Positions 1 to 10,360 of a stretch of 64,000 nt of DNA are shown one piece after another (within the stretch, counting starts at the first letter, position 1; every line of letters starts with the position of its first letter). The notes below the pieces were generated by a model. It was not told the origin of the DNA. It did no database searches and was given only the letters and a program-made list of their open reading frames with translations. The DNA is from an uncultured SAR86 cluster bacterium (lineage in GTDB: Bacteria > Pseudomonadota > Gammaproteobacteria > Magnimaribacterales > AG-339-G14), in NCBI GenBank assembly GCA_902594855.1, contig CACJNS010000001.1:104696-168695 (forward strand), written 5' to 3'. A program made the position numbers and the translations under genes.

Positions 1-305
1 TCGTCATAATTTTCATAAACAATTTCAGGAGTAAGCATATTTTTTTCTCTCAAAACCTTCATTATTGATGCTTGCATGGGCAAATCGTAATTTGGAAAAA
101 CTTGATATTCCGTTGGTTCGAGTCTTAAAACCAAGGTCTCCACTGAATTCTCCTTCTCTAAATCAAAAATAAAAGTTTCATTGGAAAAACCTGAAGCCAT
201 AGAGGACTCATGAGGAGTTAATTTGAGGGAGCCTTCTTTAGAGGCAAGCCAATTTTCAAGTTTTTCAATCTTAGATTGAAAATCCTTCTCAGTTGAGACT
301 GGCAT
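1..305 (-). CDS. Phosphotransferase (APH/choline-kinase-like) family protein, N-terminal part; the gene runs off the left edge
   Basis: My own translation of the minus strand from the ATG at 305-303 gives MPVSTEKDFQSKIEKLENWLASKEGSLKLTPHESSMASGFSNETFIFDLEKE..VLRLEP. The GFSNETF..LR motif is typical of acyl-CoA-dehydrogenase-associated phosphotransferases. Its start overlaps the upstream stop as TAATG. Confidence 0.55.
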   Translation of the reverse strand, partial: MPVSTEKDFQSKIEKLENWLASKEGSLKLTPHESSMASGFSNETFIFDLEKENSVETLVLRLEPTEYQVFPNYDLPMQASIMKVLREKNMLTPEIVYENYD

Positions 306-1402
306 TAGGGTTTATCAAAGAGATCTTTAAAGCCGCTCGGTTCGTGGGGACCCAATATGAGTTGCTCTAGAACACCCCGACCTATCTTACTTTTATCTCC
401 TATCTTCATCGTCACATTTGAAACAGATTGCACATGCAGAAAGGGGGGATCTCCAGGGTCATTATTTAAATCATAATCATCAAAATAAGAGGCTAATTCT
501 CCTTTATCATGTCCGTGACCCCACTCAGGGTGCATATACCCTAAGCCGCACATAAAAACCTGCATACCACAATCAATTGAAATTGTTATGGGTTTAGCTT
601 GATCATCAGTTCCAGATATCTCCATTTTTTTTACTCTTCTAGTACCAGGATGATAAGAAACAGATTTTTTAATGTCTTGAATTATGAATTCATCTTCGTA
701 CTCAGGACCTTGTGCAATAGCAATCGTTGAGCTGGCATTACCCTTCTCGTCTTCGACAAAATAAATATGTGCTGCTGAATCATCAAAGTGAATTGGAGCC
801 CATAACCAATAAAACTGTGGCATTGAAAAAGGAACCGTCGGTTGACTATCGTAAGCTCCAACGGGTCTGACGCCCCAAGATCTATCCCTGGTTCCTATAA
901 AAGAATCATTATCAAGACTAATCTCTTTTTTATTATGGACAATTTTTCCAGACCATGATCCTTGCTGCGTCATTCTGCATGTATCCATAATCATTCTTGG
1001 TCCATTGAAAAGTTGCATTTGGGGTTCTCTCATAGGAGCAAATTTGCTTGTAAATTCTATGGAAACGTCTAGGTCGTTTTCTACGTCAGCTAGTATTACT
1101 TTGAGTTTATTAAGTGGCTCTATTACCTCCACGCTTAGAGGGCCCACCTTGGTGTCAAGACGTTCTAAGTTCAGATATCTAGATACCCTTGAATTATATT
1201 GCTTACCTTCATATGCAAGAGTAAATGAGCCATCCATAATATTGAGATTTGGATATACACACAACACAGCACCGAAGTAAATGTCCTCATCTTTTGAATA
1301 TCCATTAAAAAAATATCTATCATAAAAATTTCTTTCTGTTCCTGTTTCAGCAACTGGTTTTGAAATCTGATGGATTGGAAAATCGTCTGCCTTTGTAATC
1401 AT
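305..1402 (-). CDS. Conserved hypothetical protein (365 aa), family not recognised
   Basis: Long uninterrupted ORF, tightly coupled to its neighbours on both sides. No motif I can name. Confidence 0.5.
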   Translation of the reverse strand: MITKADDFPIHQISKPVAETGTERNFYDRYFFNGYSKDEDIYFGAVLCVYPNLNIMDGSFTLAYEGKQYNSRVSRYLNLERLDTKVGPLSVEVIEPLNKLKVILADVENDLDVSIEFTSKFAPMREPQMQLFNGPRMIMDTCRMTQQGSWSGKIVHNKKEISLDNDSFIGTRDRSWGVRPVGAYDSQPTVPFSMPQFYWLWAPIHFDDSAAHIYFVEDEKGNASSTIAIAQGPEYEDEFIIQDIKKSVSYHPGTRRVKKMEISGTDDQAKPITISIDCGMQVFMCGLGYMHPEWGHGHDKGELASYFDDYDLNNDPGDPPFLHVQSVSNVTMKIGDKSKIGRGVLEQLILGPHEPSGFKDLFDKP

Positions 1403-1404
1403 AA

Positions 1405-1929
1405 TTAGAAAATTTTTATTTTTGCGATATCTAACTCTACCTCGTGATCTCTTCCATAAGCTTCAATACCTAGAAGTTTTATTTTTTTTGGATTTATGGA
1501 TTTATTGAAAGTCCTACTATTACTGTAACCAACAAAGTCTTCAATGTTTAGAACGTATTCCTTCCAATCTTTTCCAACTTTAAATTCTTTAAGATGTCTG
1601 ACCCATGGTAAGACTTGCCCCCTCGACTTTATATGAAAATAGTATTTTTCATCATTTCCTCTAGCCAAAAAACTTATCTTTGAGAATTCTTTTAAATCCT
1701 TTTTATCTATTTTAGATCTGAACATAAGAAATCCACCACCATCTGTGTTGACATTTCCTCTGAAAGAAATGAAGTCAAAACCTTCCGTATTTAGAAATTG
1801 TATCGAACCTTTGGATTTTCCTCCCATCACACCATCAGGTGTAAATTCCCAGATATTTTTTGAAATTTTAATATCCATGGAATAAACCGAGATGCTAATT
1901 AAGGGTAGAAAAAAGAGAATAAAGCGCAT
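1405..1929 (-). CDS. CIA30 (complex I intermediate-associated protein 30)-like domain protein with a signal peptide
   Basis: WEFTPDGVMGGKSKG...GGGFLMFRS...ARGNDEKYYFHIKS matches the CIA30 pattern. I prefer the internal start MRFILFFLPLISISVYS (signal-like) at 1929 over the 1968 start, which overlaps the upstream gene. Confidence 0.7.
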   Translation of the reverse strand: MRFILFFLPLISISVYSMDIKISKNIWEFTPDGVMGGKSKGSIQFLNTEGFDFISFRGNVNTDGGGFLMFRSKIDKKDLKEFSKISFLARGNDEKYYFHIKSRGQVLPWVRHLKEFKVGKDWKEYVLNIEDFVGYSNSRTFNKSINPKKIKLLGIEAYGRDHEVELDIAKIKIF

Positions 1930-1948
1930 TTTTTTAAAAGTCAAAGAA

Positions 1949-3202
1949 TTAAAAATCAATGATACCATCTTGTTTGAGCTGAGCTATCTCTTCTTCATCT
2001 TGACCTAAAGAAGAAAGTATTTCTTTTGTGTGTTCTCCCAACTTTGGAGCTTTCGTAGGAATTTTTTTTGATTCATTTTCTAAAAAAATAGGACTATTAA
2101 CTGTCAAGAAATCCTCATCAAAACTACCTTCATCAAAATTTACTAATACTTCACTTTCGATGAATTGTTTATCTTTCGAGTGGTCATTTGAATGACTTAG
2201 GATGCCAAAAGTAACTTCTGAGAACCTTAATTTTTCAGTAATTTCTTTTAATGAATATTGTATAAATATCTTTTCGAGCTCCTCATATAAAATAGTAAAG
2301 TTTTCATTCATTTTTTTGAAGGTTGAAAATCTAGGATCTTCGTTTAAATATTCAATATCAAGAGCTTTTAATAATTTTGGCCATTCCTTATTTGCATCGA
2401 TAATAGCAAGAATCAAATACCTATTATCTTTTGTTTTGTATCTGCCACCAAAAGGATGAAGTGGAGATGGTTCTTTTCTCTCAGGAAACTTTGCTCCAAA
2501 TAGTCCAGCTTGGATAAACGATCCGTTGGACCATGCTCCATTTGCCATCAAAGAAGTATGTACTTCGCCTCCCTTGCCAGTCTTTTCTCTACGGTAGAGT
2601 GCCGTCATTATGCTAGCGAATAGCGCCACGCCTGTGGGTTGATCGCCCATTCCAATGGGAGGATTTGCAGGGGGAGAATTCTCGGAAGGTCTAACTATAT
2701 CCATTAAACCGCTTCTTGCCCACCAAGCCATTGTATCAAAAGCAGTTCTGTGTGAATCAGGGCCTTTTTCGCCGTAACCAGTAAGAGATCCATATATTAA
2801 TCTTTCATTTAATGGCAATAAATCAGAGGAGTTGATTTTTAATTTTTCTCTGATCCTTTGAGGCATATTAGTCACAAAAACATCTACTTCTTTGATGAGT
2901 TTGTGAAGTATTTCTTGGCCTTTTTCTGAACCTAAATCTAAGGCTAAACTTTTCTTATTTCTAGAAGTGAGTTGCCAACAATAATCTTCTTCGGCGCTCG
3001 GATTGACTCTTTTTGTTCTCTCTATGAGATGTCTAAGGCTATCTCCTATTTTGGGTGGCTCGATTTTAATTACTTCAGCTCCAAAATCAGAAAGAATAGT
3101 TGTTGAAACTGGTCCAGCAATAAAGCTTCCTGCATCAATGACTTTTAAGCCTTTTAATAATAAATTATCTGACATTCGATTTAAGTTTTCTATTTTGTTC
3201 AA
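1949..3202 (-). CDS. Family III CoA-transferase (CaiB/BaiF type)
   Basis: N-terminus LKGLKVIDAGSFIAGPVSTTILSDFGAEVIKIEPP, and the size (417 aa) is typical of the family. Confidence 0.85.
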   Translation of the reverse strand: MNKIENLNRMSDNLLLKGLKVIDAGSFIAGPVSTTILSDFGAEVIKIEPPKIGDSLRHLIERTKRVNPSAEEDYCWQLTSRNKKSLALDLGSEKGQEILHKLIKEVDVFVTNMPQRIREKLKINSSDLLPLNERLIYGSLTGYGEKGPDSHRTAFDTMAWWARSGLMDIVRPSENSPPANPPIGMGDQPTGVALFASIMTALYRREKTGKGGEVHTSLMANGAWSNGSFIQAGLFGAKFPERKEPSPLHPFGGRYKTKDNRYLILAIIDANKEWPKLLKALDIEYLNEDPRFSTFKKMNENFTILYEELEKIFIQYSLKEITEKLRFSEVTFGILSHSNDHSKDKQFIESEVLVNFDEGSFDEDFLTVNSPIFLENESKKIPTKAPKLGEHTKEILSSLGQDEEEIAQLKQDGIIDF

Positions 3203-3223
3203 TAAATTTAGTATAATTAGTTT

Positions 3224-3556
3224 ATGAATAAAAGTAATTGGTATGTAGTAAAAGAAGACGACAGATACGTTGTTTTGGATAACAAGGAATTAAACAAACT
3301 TGTTCCAAGCATTACTAAATTAAATCCGCATAAAGCCACTAGTGGTCACAGTCATGATGGTCAAGAAGAAGTGTATGTTTTTACTTCTGGGTCTGGGATC
3401 ATGCAAATAAATGACCATAAATTTGAAGTTAACAAAGGGGATGTAATTCCTGTTCCGGATGGAGCATTCCATAGAGTTTTCAATGAGTCAGATGAACTTC
3501 TAGAATTTGCGGCTGTGTTCAACGGTGAAAGGCATACCGAAGATAAGGTTAAATAA
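3224..3556 (+). CDS. Small cupin-domain protein
   Basis: 110 aa with GHSHDGQEEVYVF..G..VPDGAFHRV, a two-motif cupin His pattern. Confidence 0.7.
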   Translation: MNKSNWYVVKEDDRYVVLDNKELNKLVPSITKLNPHKATSGHSHDGQEEVYVFTSGSGIMQINDHKFEVNKGDVIPVPDGAFHRVFNESDELLEFAAVFNGERHTEDKVK

Positions 3557-5069
3557 ATTTATTCTTTAAGGCCTTCAATATCACCTTCCTAGTATCAGCA
3601 GGATCTATTACAGCATCAATTTCTAAATGTGCAGCAGCTTCAATAGCCTTACCTTTCTCGTAAGATCTATCAACTAATTTATTATAGAGATCTTCTTTTT
3701 TCTTTGGATCTGTTTCTGCTTCGAGTTCTTTCCTGAATCCTAGCTTTACAGCTCCTTCTAGCCCCATTCCTCCGAATTCTCCTGTAGGCCAAGAAGCAGT
3801 GTAAATAGGATCATGAAAACTACCCCCAACCATTGCCTGTGCTCCTAACCCGTAACCTTTTCTTAAGAAAATTGCTATATGTGGAGAAGTTATTTTTGCC
3901 CCAGATACTAGGAGCGTTGCCATTCTCCTCACGGAACCTTCAAGCTCACTATCAGGGCCTACCATAAATCCTGGGGTATCAACCAAAGATAAAATTGGTA
4001 AATTATGTGCGTTACATATTTCAATGAATGCAGCTGCTTTTTCAGCTGCCTCGGAATCTACTGCTCCTCCAAGTTGCTGGCAATCGCTGGCTACAAGACC
4101 AAATGGTTTACCTTCAATTCTTATGAACCCAGTAATAACACTTCGTCCATAAACTTTTCTAAGCTCCAAAAAAGAGTCTCTATCTGAAAGAATTTCTATT
4201 ACATCTCTTACAGGATATGCCCATCGTCGATCTTCAGGAATTATGTCTCTTAGTTTGGTTTGGTCATCAATAGACCAATCAGATAAATTACCTTGAAAAT
4301 AAGAAAGAAGTTTTTTTGCAATATAAGTTGCTTCTTTTTCATCTTCAGCTAGATAATCAAGAACTCCATTTTTGTATTGTTCTTCAGCAGGACCTATTTC
4401 TTTGGGATCATAGACTCCTAGTCCTCCTCCTTCAATCATTGCTGGTCCAGCCATACCAATCCAGGATTGTTTGGTTGCAATCATAAAGTCCGAACATCCA
4501 AAAAGGACTGCATTTCCTGCAAAGCAATAACCATTATTGACTGCAATTTTTAAACATTTTCCAGTTAGTCTTGCCCAAGTAGAAAATGAAGGAATATGAA
4601 GCCCAGCTATCTGAGTAGTGACATCTGTATCTCCAGGTCTACCTCCTCCACCTTCTGTAAAAATTACGACAGGCAAAGAGAATTCTTCAGCTTTTTCACA
4701 AATCCTATCTAGTTTTTGATGATGAAAAAAACCTTGGGAGCCTGCTAAGACAGAATAATCATAAATTATTGCTGCTGCATGAGAATTATCTTCTCCCACC
4801 TCGTCCTCATTGATATTACAAAATCCTGTCAGTATGCCATCGGCAGATGTCTCAAGTTGTAACTCTTCATAATCTCTTCTATTCCTTTGCGCAGCAACTG
4901 CAAAAGCTCCAAATTCAAGAAAGCTCCCGGGATCTACTAGATCATCAAGATTCTCTCTGGCTGTTCGAAGACCTAAACTTTTTCTCTTCTTTGTAGATTT
5001 TTCTCTTACAGAGTCTTTAGTCTTCGCTAGCCTATCTACAAATGTTCTGTAAGCAGAATGATTGGACAT
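3549..5069 (-). CDS. Acyl-CoA carboxylase carboxyltransferase (beta) subunit family protein
   Basis: 506 aa with two crotonase-like halves: FTEGGGGRPGD, GPAMIEGGGLG, LVDTPGFMVGP. No biotin carboxylase or BCCP gene lies in the window. Confidence 0.85.
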   Translation of the reverse strand: MSNHSAYRTFVDRLAKTKDSVREKSTKKRKSLGLRTARENLDDLVDPGSFLEFGAFAVAAQRNRRDYEELQLETSADGILTGFCNINEDEVGEDNSHAAAIIYDYSVLAGSQGFFHHQKLDRICEKAEEFSLPVVIFTEGGGGRPGDTDVTTQIAGLHIPSFSTWARLTGKCLKIAVNNGYCFAGNAVLFGCSDFMIATKQSWIGMAGPAMIEGGGLGVYDPKEIGPAEEQYKNGVLDYLAEDEKEATYIAKKLLSYFQGNLSDWSIDDQTKLRDIIPEDRRWAYPVRDVIEILSDRDSFLELRKVYGRSVITGFIRIEGKPFGLVASDCQQLGGAVDSEAAEKAAAFIEICNAHNLPILSLVDTPGFMVGPDSELEGSVRRMATLLVSGAKITSPHIAIFLRKGYGLGAQAMVGGSFHDPIYTASWPTGEFGGMGLEGAVKLGFRKELEAETDPKKKEDLYNKLVDRSYEKGKAIEAAAHLEIDAVIDPADTRKVILKALKNKFI

Positions 5070-5072
5070 TAT

Positions 5073-6470
5073 TTATGAAGCCTTAATATTGAAGTTCATT
5101 ATATTTTCAAAATTCTTAATGCCTTGAAGAACTCCCAAATCATCTTGCTGAGAACCTATGACTTGTATACCAATAGGTAAGCCTTGAGTGCTCAGACCGA
5201 TTGGAAAGGTTCCAGCTGGATTTCTAGTCATGTTAATTCCATAAGTAAAAGCAACCCAAGCAGGTGTTTCTTCGCCATTAACAATTCCCTGTTCGTATAT
5301 TTTTGGTGTTAATCCGCAAGTAGCTGGTGAAAGAATTAGGGGAGCTTTTTGAAATCTTTCCTCAAGTTTAAGGCTCAGATAATGACATTGGTCGAAAGCA
5401 GCTGCATAATCTGCAGCACTAAAATTATCCATACCCCATTCAATTTGCGGTCGAAGATCCGCATCAATTCTTTCCCAGTCTGGAGTTCCTCTGAGATGTC
5501 CTTGAGCCCTTCCTCTTGCCCCAGTCCAGAAAACTAACCAAGAACTAACTGGATCTTCCTTCCATATTTCTTCATCCCGAATGACTTCACAACCTGCTGA
5601 TTCTATTTTGGATATTGCTTCTTCACATTTCTCTTTAATTTCTTTATCAACATCTGCGAAACCAAAAGTAGAAGTCCAAATGATCCTTTCTGGAAGATCA
5701 GCCTTTAAATTTTCATACCAACTTTCTTTAGGTTTTGGTAATGAAAAAATATCAGAAGATTCAGGACCAATGCAGTTATCCAATGAGTAAGCTGCTTCAT
5801 CTATTTTATTAGTCATCGGACCTTTAACAGTTAAAATGCCCGAGCCAGGAGGTGTTGGACCACCATTAGGAACTCTACCTTGCGAAGTTTTTATCGCGCT
5901 CAACCCGCATAACGCTGCTGGAATTCTAATTGACCCCCCTCCGTCTGATCCAGTAGTAATTGGTACCATGCCTGCAGCTAAAGCGGCCGATGATCCACCA
6001 GACGACCCTCCAGGGGTATATTCTTTATTCCACGGATTTTTTGAAGCTCCAAAAGGAACATTATCGGTAACTCCTTTATAACCGAATTCGGGGGTGTTAG
6101 TTTTTCCTACAACAATTGCTCCTGCAGCACGAAGCCTTTGTACAAGAATTGAATCTGTTTTTGCTGGTTGATCATTTGTATGGAAGTCAGAACCATAAGC
6201 AGTAACGTAACCTTCTGCATCTTCCAAATCTTTTACCCCTAAAGCTAAACCTGCAAGTGGTAAGTTCTCACCTTTAGAAATCCTATCATCTACTTTTTTT
6301 GCTTCCTTAATGGATAGTTCAGGATTTATAGAACAAAAAGCATTTATATCCTTATCTACGACTTCGATATTTTTAAGGGAAGCTTTTATAAGTTCTTCTG
6401 CACTCAATTCTCTTGAGTTAACTTTTTTTGCAAGTTCAATCATTGAATGGTCTCTGTAATCTAATTCCAT
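5073..6470 (-). CDS. Amidase (amidase-signature family)
   Basis: GGSSGGSSAALAAG and GSDGGGSIRIPA signature motifs. 465 aa. Confidence 0.85.
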   Translation of the reverse strand: MELDYRDHSMIELAKKVNSRELSAEELIKASLKNIEVVDKDINAFCSINPELSIKEAKKVDDRISKGENLPLAGLALGVKDLEDAEGYVTAYGSDFHTNDQPAKTDSILVQRLRAAGAIVVGKTNTPEFGYKGVTDNVPFGASKNPWNKEYTPGGSSGGSSAALAAGMVPITTGSDGGGSIRIPAALCGLSAIKTSQGRVPNGGPTPPGSGILTVKGPMTNKIDEAAYSLDNCIGPESSDIFSLPKPKESWYENLKADLPERIIWTSTFGFADVDKEIKEKCEEAISKIESAGCEVIRDEEIWKEDPVSSWLVFWTGARGRAQGHLRGTPDWERIDADLRPQIEWGMDNFSAADYAAAFDQCHYLSLKLEERFQKAPLILSPATCGLTPKIYEQGIVNGEETPAWVAFTYGINMTRNPAGTFPIGLSTQGLPIGIQVIGSQQDDLGVLQGIKNFENIMNFNIKAS

Positions 6471-6476
6471 CTTTCC

Positions 6477-7226
6477 TCAATTCTCTAGAATCATTTTTAC
6501 TCCACCCAACATAATTTCATCTTTGGTAAGAAGAGCCATTTCGTCAGCTCTCTTTAATACTTCATCTTTATTAGAAGTTTTAATAACAAAAGCGTTTACT
6601 CCTTCGCCTCTACCATCAGTACTTTTTAAAAAAGATATTTTAGAGCTATCAAGTTCGATGGCTACTTCATTAGAAGATTTTGTTTTGCCCAATGCTTTTT
6701 CCCATTTAGAACATAGATTATCAGGATCATCTGACTGAAGGATAACGCCGGTGAGGCAGTCGACTAGAGATGTACTAATATCTTTCCTCCAATTCGTTCC
6801 TGCCCATAACCATGCATCTTCTGGGATCATTTTATCTAAGGATAAAATAGCGCCGCCAGTCTCTTTGGGATGAAGATGAATTGCTCTAGCATGTATATCG
6901 TCTTCTTTTCTATCGGCATTCCACACAATAGATATATTTTCATCCTCAACTCTTCTCTTTTCGGCCTCAAAATCATCTACATCCAAGATGACCATATAGC
7001 CCCCGTCCCCTCCTCTTTTATCAAGAAATCTCTCTGCGGTGGTATTTTCTTGAACTGGGGTTACGATTTCTATGAAAGTGTCATTTAAAGGAATAAGAAC
7101 ATTTTCTAATCCAAAATGAATAATTCCAGGATCGTTAAACGTTTCTTTTAATTGAAATAGATCGCAAATTTGTTGGGCTAATTCATCTCTTTCTCTTGCT
7201 ACAAAAACTAACTGTCTTATCCTCAT
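6477..7226 (-). CDS. Glyoxalase-like/VOC-domain protein
   Basis: Start moved to MRIRQLVFVARE at 7226. The 7364 start would run through the divergent crotonase gene and adds a junk-like N-terminus. Confidence 0.6.
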   Translation of the reverse strand: MRIRQLVFVARERDELAQQICDLFQLKETFNDPGIIHFGLENVLIPLNDTFIEIVTPVQENTTAERFLDKRGGDGGYMVILDVDDFEAEKRRVEDENISIVWNADRKEDDIHARAIHLHPKETGGAILSLDKMIPEDAWLWAGTNWRKDISTSLVDCLTGVILQSDDPDNLCSKWEKALGKTKSSNEVAIELDSSKISFLKSTDGRGEGVNAFVIKTSNKDEVLKRADEMALLTKDEIMLGGVKMILEN

Positions 7227-7267
7227 AATATTTGTAGAATAACAAATAAAAATGGAGTGAGGAATAA

Positions 7268-8089
7268 ATGACAACAATTGATACTGGAACAGAAGATTTA
7301 TTAGCAAGAAAAGAAAATGGAGTTGGATATCTTGTGATGAATCGTCCCGAGGCAAGAAATGCAATGTCTCAAGAAATGAACAAAGCCATGCAAGATACTA
7401 TTGCCGCTTTTGAACTGGATAACGAAGTCAGATCCATTGTTTTGACAGGCGAAGGTAAAGGCTTTTGCGCTGGCGGAGATGTCAAAGGAATGGCTTCAAG
7501 AGGTGATGGAACTGTCGGTGATAACACCATAGATGCAGCAATCCATAAACAACGAGATCACCAAAGAGGCACCTCAGGAAAGCTTTTTAAAATGCCAAAA
7601 CCCACTATTGCTTCTTTATCTGGGGCTGCAGCTGGAGCAGGACTATCGTATGCTTTGTCTTGCGACCTAAGAATAATGTCCTCTGAAGCTTTCATGACAA
7701 CAGCCTTCGCGAAAGTTGGTTTTTCAGGAGATTACGGAGGAAGTTATTTCATGACTCAACTTATTGGATCTGCAAAAGCGCGGGAATTATATTTTCTATC
7801 AGATAGGATTTCTGCTGAGCAAGCTCTTGAGCTTGGTTTAACTAATTGGGTAGTTGAGCCAGATAATCTTGAACTCAAAACAAAAGAAATTGCAGAAAAA
7901 CTTGCCTCTGGGCCTGCTGTTGCATTTAGATACATGAAAGAAAACCTTAATAGAGCTATGCATGGTGATGTAGATGATTGTCTGGATTTAGAGGCAACTC
8001 ATCATATTCATTGCGGTCAAACTGATGATCACAAAAATGCTGTCAAAGCGTTCGTGGAAAAGAGAGAACCCGTTTTTGAAGGAAAGTAA
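7268..8089 (+). CDS. Enoyl-CoA hydratase/isomerase (crotonase) family protein
   Basis: YLVMNRPEARNAM, GEGKGFCAGGDV and GAAAGAGLSYALSCD oxyanion-hole motifs. A GGAGTGAGG SD lies upstream. Confidence 0.85.
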   Translation: MTTIDTGTEDLLARKENGVGYLVMNRPEARNAMSQEMNKAMQDTIAAFELDNEVRSIVLTGEGKGFCAGGDVKGMASRGDGTVGDNTIDAAIHKQRDHQRGTSGKLFKMPKPTIASLSGAAAGAGLSYALSCDLRIMSSEAFMTTAFAKVGFSGDYGGSYFMTQLIGSAKARELYFLSDRISAEQALELGLTNWVVEPDNLELKTKEIAEKLASGPAVAFRYMKENLNRAMHGDVDDCLDLEATHHIHCGQTDDHKNAVKAFVEKREPVFEGK

Positions 8090-8362
8090 TTAACCTTTCT
8101 TTTCTAGTCTCTCGATTATTTCAATAATCTGGTGAGCATAGTTGCCTAAAATAGGAATAAATTCTATTTGAGCAAGAATTTGTATGAGAATAGTTACTAA
8201 TAAGGTTGCTCCTACAACAGATCCCAGCCCGATGGCCAAACCCCTTAGTAAGTTGTAATACAAAAATTTCCAAGCGGACTCGTGGATTCTCATGAAATTA
8301 TGTTCTTTTAACTCTTCAAGAGCATCCGCAAGTCTTTTTTGATCGTCGTTTAGTTCACTCAT
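8090..8362 (-). CDS. Small membrane protein (DUF5665-like)
   Basis: 90 aa: an acidic N-terminal helix followed by the hydrophobic segment LLRGLAIGLGSVVGATLLVTILIQIL. The family name is from memory. Confidence 0.45.
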   Translation of the reverse strand: MSELNDDQKRLADALEELKEHNFMRIHESAWKFLYYNLLRGLAIGLGSVVGATLLVTILIQILAQIEFIPILGNYAHQIIEIIERLEKKG

Positions 8363-8461
8363 TTATATATTTCCCGCTTATTCGCCATCAACTTCATTAG
8401 CTGAAACGTTTATACATGAAGCTGCATTATAAATGACAAAAATACTAATTTATGAAATTGT

Positions 8462-10360
8462 TTAATTATCAACTTTATTAGAGCATTTAGGAGGGAGGTT
8501 AATTGTTGGATTTTCATCAAAAAAACCGACTGGAATTAAATGAAACCCACAGTATTCAACTGGCATTACAGGCCAATCCTCAGGCCTTGGAACGTGGGTT
8601 ACTCCGAATGTGTACCAAGTTACAAGATCACAATTACTTATGTCCCTATTCCCGGATGTAATATCATCCAAGCCTCCCTCACCAGAATGCATTACTGAGT
8701 TTGCTCCTCCGGCGGCGTATTCACCATTATTAAATGGCGTTCCCCAAAGGTTATATTTTCCAAAAGAGGCTCTTTTGGCCGGCGGAGAATCATCCCGTGC
8801 AAGCATTTTAGGAGTATTTCCTGGCAATAATTTATAAGCAACCGGAAGGCCTATTGCATTTTTTTTCTGCGGATTAACCACTTTCCATACTCTACTTGTT
8901 GCTGGAGAAATATCTCTTTTAGCTTCATTTTCTGTTTTTAAGTGAGTTGAAACTGATTGAAATTGCATACCATGCGGATTGCTGTCATCTTTAGCTATTA
9001 ATTCAATTTCGCTCTCAAATAATTGATTATTTCCTCCGTCTAAATTCCAGTCTAATCGCATACAGAAAAGATGTTGGTGCACTGGGGAAACCAGTTCCTT
9101 TGAAATTCTTAAGTCTTGATTAGGATTATGTTTCTCTTCATTGTAAGCACTAATACCAACAATACCGGTCAATTTAACTTCTGCCTCAATAGTGCCATCT
9201 AAATATAAGTACCAAAATAAGCCATAATCATAATTACCTATTGTTGAAATCGAACTGATCACAAGCCTTCTAGATCTTCTTACCTCATTAGGTGCTCCCA
9301 TTCCATCGTTATGCTTCCATTGAATCCCATAATCTTCTTCATGAAGACATATCGCATTCTCTATAACTTCAACTGAACCATCAAAAGATATCCCGCTGGA
9401 ATTAAAATAATGGATTTCTCCAAGGCAATCACAGCCCAAAGTAAGAGAATTTGAAAGCCGTCCAAAACCGTATTCAGTACCATCATGAACCGCTTTCCAA
9501 GAATGCATGGGATCTGCAGATCCATAGGGCACAACCATATCTGACATTGCTGCCCGAAATAAGATAGGCCTATCATTAAGTGAGAGTTCATGCAGTACAA
9601 CTCCTTCATCAGGAGTTAATGAGACTCTTACATCCCAACCCTCCCAAGATATTTTATTCCTATCAACACTGAAACCAACTCCATCAGGTTGTGAAATTTT
9701 TATTTCTTTTGGATCATCCCTCAAGATCTTTTGCGATGCTGCGTCGTAATTAGACTTAACTTCTGGAATAGGGTCTACTCCAAAATCTTCAATGCAGACA
9801 ACTTCTCCAAGCGTTAAATCAACGTGACCAATTACTCCATTGATGGGTTTTGCATATGGATTGTCTCCAACTTCTTCCTTAAAAAAAGATATGCCTTTAA
9901 GGGCCCTATGTCCTTGTTTTATTTTTTCATGAATAATCCCGCCAGCTGGCCAAGGATCGATCTGGACTTTCTCCATATCAGTAATGCCTCTTTTTTTCAT
10001 AGCTGACTGATAATCTGGATGTTCTTTAAGAAGAGTCATGGCTGTAAAAATATCTTGTACGGTATATTGAACTTGTGCTGAATCTGAGACTCTTTCGACA
10101 TTAAGAGTTTTATTTGACAAATTAATCTTTGCTACAAAGCCTCCATCAAAAACTGAGTCTCTTCCAATAAGTCTTACTTCCCTTTCAAAAGGATCGCCTG
10201 GTTTAAAATCTTTTAGAAACTCTTTTGGAGGCTCCACTAAAGAGATTTGACTAAAATGAGTTGCTTCATCATAACCCTCTGATGTTTTATATATGTCATA
10301 TGCCAGAGAAATTTCCTCTGTTGATAGCATTTCTAAAGGATGTTCTAGTTTTGAAGTCAT
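8462..10360 (-). CDS. Copper-containing primary amine oxidase (topaquinone enzyme, Arthrobacter AGAO-like)
   Basis: TPQ consensus TIGNYDYGLFWYLYLDGTIE, HQHLF copper-ligand region, C-terminal WYTFGVTHVPRPEDWPVMPV. 632 aa with no signal peptide. Confidence 0.9.
   Translation of the reverse strand: MTSKLEHPLEMLSTEEISLAYDIYKTSEGYDEATHFSQISLVEPPKEFLKDFKPGDPFEREVRLIGRDSVFDGGFVAKINLSNKTLNVERVSDSAQVQYTVQDIFTAMTLLKEHPDYQSAMKKRGITDMEKVQIDPWPAGGIIHEKIKQGHRALKGISFFKEEVGDNPYAKPINGVIGHVDLTLGEVVCIEDFGVDPIPEVKSNYDAASQKILRDDPKEIKISQPDGVGFSVDRNKISWEGWDVRVSLTPDEGVVLHELSLNDRPILFRAAMSDMVVPYGSADPMHSWKAVHDGTEYGFGRLSNSLTLGCDCLGEIHYFNSSGISFDGSVEVIENAICLHEEDYGIQWKHNDGMGAPNEVRRSRRLVISSISTIGNYDYGLFWYLYLDGTIEAEVKLTGIVGISAYNEEKHNPNQDLRISKELVSPVHQHLFCMRLDWNLDGGNNQLFESEIELIAKDDSNPHGMQFQSVSTHLKTENEAKRDISPATSRVWKVVNPQKKNAIGLPVAYKLLPGNTPKMLARDDSPPAKRASFGKYNLWGTPFNNGEYAAGGANSVMHSGEGGLDDITSGNRDISNCDLVTWYTFGVTHVPRPEDWPVMPVEYCGFHLIPVGFFDENPTINLPPKCSNKVDN

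Noticed and set aside
7227-7364. N-terminal extension of the VOC-domain ORF (track start 7364)
   Set aside because: The extension overlaps the divergent crotonase gene, encodes a low-complexity hydrophobic sequence, and an internal ATG at 7226 begins the recognisable domain.
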